64,000 nucleotides of DNA from Chitinophagales bacterium (lineage in GTDB: Bacteria; Bacteroidota; Bacteroidia; Chitinophagales; Chitinophagaceae): positions 76 to 64,075 of the forward strand of contig JBBQXO010000009.1 in assembly GCA_038209595.1 (NCBI GenBank). Reading direction: 5' to 3'. The stretch's first letter is position 1. Each line of letters begins with the position of its first letter. Of this stretch, positions 57,276-64,000 are shown piece by piece. The position numbers and the translations under genes were made by a program. The notes under the pieces are model-generated. The model was given only the letters and a program-made list of their open reading frames with translations, did not search any database and was not told the DNA's origin.

Positions 57276-58601
57276 ATGGGTGTTCTTAAAGACAAGTTTA
57301 AAGCCAAAGCGGATATAGCTGCTGCCGAAGTCAAAAATATTCTCCGCGAACATGGAGACAAAAAAATAGGCGAGGTTAATTTATCGCAAATTTATCAGGG
57401 TATGCGTGGTATGACCGGTTTGGTAAGTGAAACCTCTTTGCTTGATCCGCAGGAAGGTATCCGGTTCCGGGGGTATTCTATTCCCGAACTGCGGGTACAG
57501 TTGCCAAAAGTAGATGGCGGTACAGAACCCATGCCGGAAGGTTTGTTTTACCTGATGCTGATTGGCGAAATGCCAACTCTTGATGATGCTTTGCATATAC
57601 AAAATACCTGGCAGCGACGCAGTCATGTGCCCAACCATGTGTTTAAAACCATTGATGCCCTGCCCGATTCAGCCCATCCTATGACGATGTATGTAACCGG
57701 AGTAATGGCTTTGCAAACAGAAAGCGTTTTTGCTAAAAGATACGCACAGGGCATGGCAAAAAAGGACTATTGGGATGCCACTTTTGATGATGCGATGACA
57801 CTTATTGCCCGTTTGCCAAGGGTAGCAGCTTACATTTATCGTAAAAAATACCACAACAGCGATGATATAACACCAGATGGATTGCTCGATTGGGCAGGTA
57901 ATCTGGCACATATGCTCGGTTTCAGTGATCCGAATTTCAAGAAACTGATGCGTTTGTACATGACCATTCATGCCGACCACGAAGGCGGAAATGTAAGTGC
58001 GCATACCACGCATCTTGTTGGTTCTGCACTTTCCGATCCTTACCTTGCTTATGCTGCGGGCATGAACGGTCTTGCGGGTCCACTGCACGGTCTTGCCAAT
58101 CAAGAGGTGATCAAATGGATATTTGAAATGCAGGCTAAATTGGGTACCGATTTGCCAACCCACGATCAGATTGAGGCTTATGTCAGGCAAACCCTTTCTG
58201 ATGGTAAAGTGGTGCCAGGATATGGGCATGCCGTACTGCGCCAAACAGATCCCCGGTATATAGCGCAAATGGATTTTGGTAAGACCTATATGCGGGAAGA
58301 CAAACTTTGCCGTACAGTATGGAAAATTTATGAAGTAGTTCCTCCCATCCTTGAAAGCCTTGGTAAAGTAAAAAATCCATGGCCAAACGTAGATGCGCAC
58401 AGTGGTGCCCTGCTGGTAAATTTTGGTATGAAGGAGTACGAATTTTACACCGTGCTTTTTGCCGTAAGCCGTTCTTTGGGTGTATTGGCCAACCTTTGCT
58501 GGTCAAGGGCTTTGGGCTTCCCGCTTGAACGTCCGAAGAGTGTTACCACCGAGGCTGTGAAGCGTTGGATAAATGGAGAAGAAGAAATTTGGGGAGATTG
58601 A
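57276..58601 (+). CDS. gltA: Citrate synthase
   Basis: GYSI, HADHEGGNVSAHT, GPLHGLANQEV and GYGHAVLR motifs. Confidence 0.93.
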   Translation: MGVLKDKFKAKADIAAAEVKNILREHGDKKIGEVNLSQIYQGMRGMTGLVSETSLLDPQEGIRFRGYSIPELRVQLPKVDGGTEPMPEGLFYLMLIGEMPTLDDALHIQNTWQRRSHVPNHVFKTIDALPDSAHPMTMYVTGVMALQTESVFAKRYAQGMAKKDYWDATFDDAMTLIARLPRVAAYIYRKKYHNSDDITPDGLLDWAGNLAHMLGFSDPNFKKLMRLYMTIHADHEGGNVSAHTTHLVGSALSDPYLAYAAGMNGLAGPLHGLANQEVIKWIFEMQAKLGTDLPTHDQIEAYVRQTLSDGKVVPGYGHAVLRQTDPRYIAQMDFGKTYMREDKLCRTVWKIYEVVPPILESLGKVKNPWPNVDAHSGALLVNFGMKEYEFYTVLFAVSRSLGVLANLCWSRALGFPLERPKSVTTEAVKRWINGEEEIWGD

Positions 58602-58625
58602 TTTTCCTCACTTAAAATAACAAAT

Positions 58626-58660
58626 AAAAAGAGCAACCAACCGGCTGCTCTTTTTATTTG
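58626..58660 (+). terminator. Intrinsic terminator after gltA
   Basis: AAAAAGAGCA-loop-TGCTCTTTTT followed by ATTTG. Confidence 0.65.
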
Positions 58661-58702
58661 TACCTATAGAATATGTGTGTTCCTTTTTTTAATAGAAGGG
58701 CA

Positions 58703-58733
58703 TAAAAAAGCTACCTCAAATAATGAGGTAGCT
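58703..58733 (-). terminator. Intrinsic terminator after tRNA-Ala
   Basis: The minus strand reads GCTACCTCA-TTATT-TGAGGTAGC followed by TTTTTT. Confidence 0.75.
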
Positions 58734-58735
58734 TA

Positions 58736-58812
<77 letters not shown>

Positions 58813-58897
58813 ATTAATAAAAGAACCTTTAAACTACGCTAGGTTTCCGCCAGCGGACGGCAAAAGTAACGGCCTTCGGGTAATTGTACAAATTTAT

Positions 58898-59635
58898 TTA
58901 GCCGTGGGTATTTGATTGGTGCAGTTGTCTTTTATAGATTTGAATGGTATTTTCCAAACCAAGGTAAATCGCATCACAAATCAGGGCATGCCCAATGGAA
59001 ACTTCGTCAAGAAAAGGAATATGCTTGCTGAACCAGGCCAGGTTAATACGATCGAGATCATGCCCTGCATTGATACCCATTCCAAGTGCTTTTGCTTTTT
59101 CGGCAGCTAAACGATAAGGTTCTATGGCCTCTACCCGATTGCCTGATGCATAAAGGCGGGCATATTGCTCGGTATAGAGTTCAATCCGATCCGTGCCTGT
59201 AGTTGCGGCCGCTTCAATCATTTCCAGATCAGGATCCACAAATATCGATACCCGGATCCCCTCTTTTTTAAACAACGAAATCATTTCCTTTAAATATTGT
59301 TGATGCATCACTGTATTCCAGCCATGGTCACTCGTCAGTTGCCCTTCTACATCAGGTACAAGGGTTACCTGATGTGGTTTGGTTTCCAGTACAAGGTCAA
59401 TAAATTTTTGCTCCCGGCAATTGCCCTCGATATTAAACTCTGTGGTGATGATGGGTTTTATGCCCCGCACATCTGCATATCGGACATGTCTTTCATCGGG
59501 CCGGGGGTGCACCGTTACGCCTTCTGCACCAAATGCCTGCACATCTTTGGCTACTTGTATCACATTGGGATTTTCCCCGCCACGGCTATTGCGAAGCGTA
59601 GCAATTTTATTGATATTTACGGAAAGTTTAGTCAT
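58898..59635 (-). CDS. pdxJ: Pyridoxine 5'-phosphate synthase
   Basis: LSVNINKIATLRNSRGG, TVHPRPDERH and NAGHDL motifs. Confidence 0.92.
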   Translation of the reverse strand: MTKLSVNINKIATLRNSRGGENPNVIQVAKDVQAFGAEGVTVHPRPDERHVRYADVRGIKPIITTEFNIEGNCREQKFIDLVLETKPHQVTLVPDVEGQLTSDHGWNTVMHQQYLKEMISLFKKEGIRVSIFVDPDLEMIEAAATTGTDRIELYTEQYARLYASGNRVEAIEPYRLAAEKAKALGMGINAGHDLDRINLAWFSKHIPFLDEVSIGHALICDAIYLGLENTIQIYKRQLHQSNTHG

Positions 59636-59875
59636 ATAAAAAGCATTACAGTTTCAGAACTGTTTTGATGAATGATGAATACAAAAATAACGTTTTGCAT
59701 TGGGATTAATCAGGAACTCACCAGAAGCTAATGAACAATCAACCATAATAGATTGATTTCTTTTTGTTTTTTTGGAAACTCCTTTTATCCGATATAAGAA
59801 CCACTCATCCAAAACAGGCAAAAGGATTGTAACATATTCTGGATCGGTCCGTATGGTATAAAAAATCACACACTT

Positions 59876-60598
59876 ATGAAAAAGCTTTTACTTCTATCCC
59901 TGCTTTGTATGGGGCTTACCAGTATTAACCTGTATGCTCAGAATAGCCGGATAAAAGGTTCCGGAAATATTACCAAAGAATCCAGAACTGTCGGGGACTT
60001 TACGGGAGTTTCAGTAGGAGGCAGCATGAATGTTATTATCAAGTCTGGAATGGAACAATCAGTTGTAGTGGAAACGGACGATAACCTTCAGGAATATATC
60101 GAAACCACTGTAAAGGACGGACAACTAATTATAAGCAATAAAAAAATATGGAATCTTTCTTATTCTAAGTCAGCTACTGTTTATATCACCAACCCGGTTT
60201 TGGATAAAGCAAGACTTTCAGGGAGTGGTTCTATCCTCACGGAAGGGGTTATGAAGTCGTCGGGTAAATTTGAGGTTTCCATTAGTGGAAGCGGTAAAAT
60301 AGTTGCTTCGATAAATGCAAGTGAAACCCTCGCCAATATTTCTGGAAGCGGTAATATTGAATTGGAAGGTAAAACCGATGCGTTGGATGTTGCTATTTCA
60401 GGAAGCGGCAGTTTTAAAGGATACGAACTTAAAGCCAATAAAACTTCTGCAAGCATCAGTGGAAGTGGCAATGTACAAACAACTGCAAAGGGAAAACTGG
60501 AAGCATCAATAGCCGGAAGTGGTAATGTATATTATAAGGGCAATGGTGAAGTTATCAGCAGAACGGCAGGGAGCGGGAAAGTGAGGAAAGTAAATTAA
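59876..60598 (+). CDS. DUF2807 (head GIN domain) beta-helix protein, secreted
   Basis: Signal peptide, plus seven (S/A)GSG(N/K/S)(I/V) repeats at a period of about 20 aa. Confidence 0.75.
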   Translation: MKKLLLLSLLCMGLTSINLYAQNSRIKGSGNITKESRTVGDFTGVSVGGSMNVIIKSGMEQSVVVETDDNLQEYIETTVKDGQLIISNKKIWNLSYSKSATVYITNPVLDKARLSGSGSILTEGVMKSSGKFEVSISGSGKIVASINASETLANISGSGNIELEGKTDALDVAISGSGSFKGYELKANKTSASISGSGNVQTTAKGKLEASIAGSGNVYYKGNGEVISRTAGSGKVRKVN

Positions 60599-60633
60599 TT
60601 GAAAAGAGTCCTTTACATTGGATTTAGTGTAAG

Positions 60634-60682
60634 CCCCGTATGGATGGTCTTTTAAAAGATCTTCCATACGGGGTTTCTGTTT
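60634..60682 (+). terminator. Intrinsic terminator after the DUF2807 gene
   Basis: CCCCGTATGGA...TCCATACGGGG arms extended by a near-palindromic interior, followed by TTTCTGTTT. Confidence 0.75.
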
Positions 60683-60955
60683 GAAGTGATGGATATTTCT
60701 AAAAATCTTTGATGATGCCTTATAATTATTTCACTAACTCCTCATTTACAATTGAGGCGTAATGCATATCGCCTTTTTTCTTGGGGTAAAAAATTTGCAG
60801 GCCTTATCTGACTGGTTTATAATAACGCCCTGTAAGGTTTGTTATAAAAGTAACAGTCCTTCGTGAAACATTTTTCATGATCGAATCGTAATTCATAAAA
60901 AATAAAAGAGAAAAATTGGTCAGTTCCCTGTAATTTCCTGCCAAATTTTGATGCT

Positions 60956-62419
60956 ATGCCAAAAGAGACCAAATCGCTTAAAAGCAGAAGGAATTTCCTT
61001 AAAAATAGTGCTGCCCTAGCCGCAGGGTTGTATATTTTGCCGAGACATGTTTTGGGTGGAAAGGGTTTTACCGCACCGAGTGATAAATTATTGATTGCCG
61101 GTATTGGAGTCGGTGGCAAAGGCGAAAGCGATCTTTGGAACTTTTATCAGGGAGGTAAGGCCGAAATAGCTTTTTTGTGTGATGTAGATGAAAAACGTGC
61201 TGAAAAGACAAGGGGTCGTTTTCCCAAAGCTAAATTTTACCACGATTACCGTGAAATGATGGTTAAGGAAGCCAAAAATTTTGATGCAGTTTCGGTAAGC
61301 GGGCCCGATCATGTGCATGCCATTCAGGCATTGGCAGCTATACAGGCAGGAAAGCATGTTTATGTGCAAAAGCCACTAACGCATACTATACAGGAAGCCC
61401 GGATGTTGACTGAGGCTGCTGAAAAGAATAAAGTAGTTACCCAAATGGGTAATCAAGGGGCAAGTGGTGAAGGCGTTAGGCTGATGCAGGAATGGTATAA
61501 TGCGGGATTGATTGGTGAGGTGCACACGGTATATGTGTGGACCGACCGGCCTGTATGGCCTCAGGGTATTCCCTGGTCAACAGAAACGGCACAAGTGCCG
61601 GATACCCTAAAATGGGATCTTTGGCTGGGACCCGCTGCTCAACGTGATTATGTGAACAAACTCGTTCCTTTTAACTGGCGTGGATGGTGGGATTTTGGTA
61701 CAGGAGCGCTTGGTGATATGGGTTGTCACCTGATGGAAGCCCCCTATAAAGTGCTGGGGCTTACTTATCCCAACGAAGCATCCTGCAGTACAGGGTCTGT
61801 TTATGTAGATGAGTTCAAGCGGGGTTATTTCCCAGAAAGCTGTCCGCCTTCTTCGCATGTGGTATTAAACTTTAAGCGGGATGGGGGAAAACCTGATGTA
61901 AAAATGATTTGGATGGATGGGGGCATTCAACCAGAAAGACCGGAAGAACTTGGGCCCAATGACCTGATGGGAGATGGTGGTAATGGCATCATTCTGGTGG
62001 GATCGAAAGGCAAAATGATGGGAGATGTATATGGTGCTAAACCGAGGTTGCTCCCAAAAACCATGATGGAAAACTTATCGGTTCCTAAAACGCTTTATAG
62101 GGTGCCCGGTGAAGAGGCTGGGCATTATACGCAGTGGGTGGATGCTTGTATAGGAGGTTATGGTAGCAAAGAAGCGGGGCTTTTAAGTGCTCCTTTCAGC
62201 ATCAGTGGACCGCTTACGGAAGCGGTATTGATGGGCAACCTTGCCATCCGCAGTTATGATATTCGGAAACCCCGCAGCGATGGGCGGTTCAATTATCCGG
62301 GGCGCGGAATTAAATTACTTTGGGATGCACCCAACCTGCAGGTAACCAATTTTGAAGAAGCCAATCAGTTTGTTACCAAGAATTACCGGGAAGGGTTTGG
62401 ACTAAACTATCAGGGTTAA
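60956..62419 (+). CDS. Gfo/Idh/MocA-family oxidoreductase with a twin-arginine (Tat) signal
   Basis: SRRNFLKNSAALAAG Tat motif, IAGIGVGGKG Rossmann fold, and the EKP-like motif YVQKPL. Confidence 0.85.
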   Translation: MPKETKSLKSRRNFLKNSAALAAGLYILPRHVLGGKGFTAPSDKLLIAGIGVGGKGESDLWNFYQGGKAEIAFLCDVDEKRAEKTRGRFPKAKFYHDYREMMVKEAKNFDAVSVSGPDHVHAIQALAAIQAGKHVYVQKPLTHTIQEARMLTEAAEKNKVVTQMGNQGASGEGVRLMQEWYNAGLIGEVHTVYVWTDRPVWPQGIPWSTETAQVPDTLKWDLWLGPAAQRDYVNKLVPFNWRGWWDFGTGALGDMGCHLMEAPYKVLGLTYPNEASCSTGSVYVDEFKRGYFPESCPPSSHVVLNFKRDGGKPDVKMIWMDGGIQPERPEELGPNDLMGDGGNGIILVGSKGKMMGDVYGAKPRLLPKTMMENLSVPKTLYRVPGEEAGHYTQWVDACIGGYGSKEAGLLSAPFSISGPLTEAVLMGNLAIRSYDIRKPRSDGRFNYPGRGIKLLWDAPNLQVTNFEEANQFVTKNYREGFGLNYQG

Positions 62420-63033
62420 GGAAGTTTCATAGAGATGATAACACGGTGCTTTTCAAAACTCCGCGTTTTTATATTGTACAGATTCATCTCATTGAAATAG
62501 AAGCTTACTTGTTTTTCTAAAAAATTTCCGGTAGGAGAAAGTAGATTTTCAGCTCCGGGAAAAGAGTACAATAAAGTATATTTTTCTAGCTTTCCATTAG
62601 ATTCTTCCAACAGCACATATTGAAAAGCATCTTGTGTGAATCCTTTTATTTTCCCGTTTCCTCCTTTTTTTACGCGGGACGATTCAAACTCGGTTAAAAA
62701 TTCCTGGTTGACTATGTTTTTTAAAGCCGGACAAGTTTTAGCCAGTGCAAGTACGATTTTCTGGCCTGCTTTTGTTGATTCCTCATCGTTATCAAAATCC
62801 TTAATATCCAGGGCTAAAATGGCATCTAACGGATCTTCGGTTATGACACGCGTTAAACAATCCGTCATTATTTTTTCATTATCGGCTGAGGATGTATTGC
62901 TGTCTTTTTCCTTTGTAATACAATTACAAATTTTATTCAAAAGGCTATCAAACTCCGGAGTGTTTTTGGTTTGGGCAAAATTAAGAGTGGCTCCTAAACA
63001 GCCTATTGAGGTGAGTAAAATAATTTTAAACAT
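62416..63033 (-). CDS. Hypothetical secreted protein or lipoprotein
   Basis: 205 aa with an N-terminal signal-like MFKIILLTSIGCLGATLNFAQ. I recognise no family. Confidence 0.5.
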   Translation of the reverse strand: MFKIILLTSIGCLGATLNFAQTKNTPEFDSLLNKICNCITKEKDSNTSSADNEKIMTDCLTRVITEDPLDAILALDIKDFDNDEESTKAGQKIVLALAKTCPALKNIVNQEFLTEFESSRVKKGGNGKIKGFTQDAFQYVLLEESNGKLEKYTLLYSFPGAENLLSPTGNFLEKQVSFYFNEMNLYNIKTRSFEKHRVIISMKLP

Positions 63034-63215
63034 AACTTAAATGGGTTTGAAAATAAATTGTTGACAGTTGAAAAATGGGAAAGACGATAGTTCATACAAT
63101 GAATATGGAAATGTATGAAAAGAACGGCTAGAAATAAAAACATATTGTAAACACCTCATTGCCCGGACTTTACAAATGCCCCTTTTCAAAAGCAATTGTA
63201 TGGCTTATTAAAAGA

Positions 63216-64000
63216 TCATCTTGACACTTCTATCATCCGGTTATTGCCATGCATATCCTTATGCAATTTTGCATGAAAACCATAGCCAATAAATAAATTT
63301 TTTACTTCTTCTGCAAAATCCTGATGGCATTCCATAAGCATGCATCCTTTTTTTTGGAGGTGAGTGTTTCCAAAAACAGCGAGGTTTTCATAAAAAAGTA
63401 AAGCCTGATTTTCAGGAACAAATAAAGCCATACCGGGTTCCCAATCCCGAACATGGGGAGCTAGATTGACCGATTCTGATGCAGGAATATAAGGTGGGTT
63501 AGAAACAATAAGATTGAATTGTCCCAGGGCTGATCTTGCCCCAACATCGAGGAAATCAATTTTTTTAAAGCTTACTTGTCCCCTTAATCTGTGGTTATTT
63601 TCACTGGCTATAACCAATGCATGCTCACTCAGGTCTATCGCCGTTACTTCGGCATTTTTACTGGTAAGCGAAAGGCTGATGGCAATGCATCCGCTTCCGG
63701 TACCCACATCAAGCACTTGTTTTCTTTGATTTGTTTCGCCTGCGTTTTTTAAAAAATCAATCGCTTTTAGTACTAGTTCCTCGGTTTCATTTCGTGGAAT
63801 AAGGACTGAGCTGTTTACCAAAAATACCCGGTCTAAAAACCAGGCTTCTCCCAGCACATATTGCAAGGGTTTGCCGGTCAGCATTTCTTCCATCCATTTT
63901 TCTGCCTGCTGTTGTTGACCTTCCGAAAGTGTCATTTTTCCGGCGGTACTTACCTGAGCATAAGATAATTGCAATAATTTTTCTCCCAACAGTTGCAGCA
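63216..64000 (-). CDS. prmC: Release factor glutamine methyltransferase PrmC (HemK), N-terminus beyond the window
   Basis: PLQYVLGEAWF, VLDVGTGSGCIA and VSNPPYI motifs. The frame remains open to nt 64000. Confidence 0.85.
   Translation of the reverse strand, partial: LQLLGEKLLQLSYAQVSTAGKMTLSEGQQQQAEKWMEEMLTGKPLQYVLGEAWFLDRVFLVNSSVLIPRNETEELVLKAIDFLKNAGETNQRKQVLDVGTGSGCIAISLSLTSKNAEVTAIDLSEHALVIASENNHRLRGQVSFKKIDFLDVGARSALGQFNLIVSNPPYIPASESVNLAPHVRDWEPGMALFVPENQALLFYENLAVFGNTHLQKKGCMLMECHQDFAEEVKNLFIGYGFHAKLHKDMHGNNRMIEVSR

Noticed and set aside
57669-58400. Long antisense ORFs inside well-supported genes. Examples are 243 aa opposite gltA, 185 aa at 53344-53901, 221 aa at 34647-35312, 160 aa at 14455-14937, 167 aa at 15016-15519 and 143 aa at 977-1408.
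   Set aside because: They are shadow ORFs. Their composition is low-complexity or Cys/His/Phe-rich with no recognisable motifs, and each lies entirely within a gene whose product carries clear family signatures on the other strand.
59876-60598. The seven-fold SGSG-containing repeat as a novel repeat protein.
   Set aside because: The periodicity and motif are those of the known DUF2807 / GIN-domain beta-helix family, so the family assignment explains the repeat.

Overview
This 64-kb chromosomal segment looks like Bacteroidota, probably Sphingobacteriia or Chitinophagia. The evidence is a T9SS-type C-terminal sorting domain, TonB receptors with a CarboxypepD_reg domain, a divergent DUF1599/folP pair, TAnnTTTG -7 promoter boxes, and little Shine-Dalgarno signal. 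I call about 50 protein genes, and most are housekeeping. They cover ribosomal proteins (rpsA, rpsF-rpsR-rplI), glycolysis and TCA (pfkA-pyk, gltA), cell envelope and cofactor synthesis (glmM, folP, prmA, plsY, dapF, pdxJ, prmC), and also kup, selO and pxpBCA with an NRAMP transporter. There are two tRNAs, Cys-GCA and Ala-GGC, and several clear intrinsic terminators. Accessory or unusual content falls into three groups. (1) At the left edge is a 5'-truncated RHS/YD-repeat protein whose RHS core is followed by about 670 further residues ending in a T9SS sorting domain. No immunity-like gene follows it. (2) A 1.8-kb AT-rich gene desert between pfkA and an Fe-S protein gene holds the heavily decayed relic of a RhuM-family gene. 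(3) A recently inactivated Rpn/PD-(D/E)XK transposase-like pseudogene lies between an aminotransferase gene and dapF. I found no CRISPR array, no intact mobile element and no complete multi-gene defence or secretion system. The best candidate for something undescribed is the RHS-T9SS chimera and its glycine-zipper cassette. Every family assignment comes from motif recognition by eye, with no database search.
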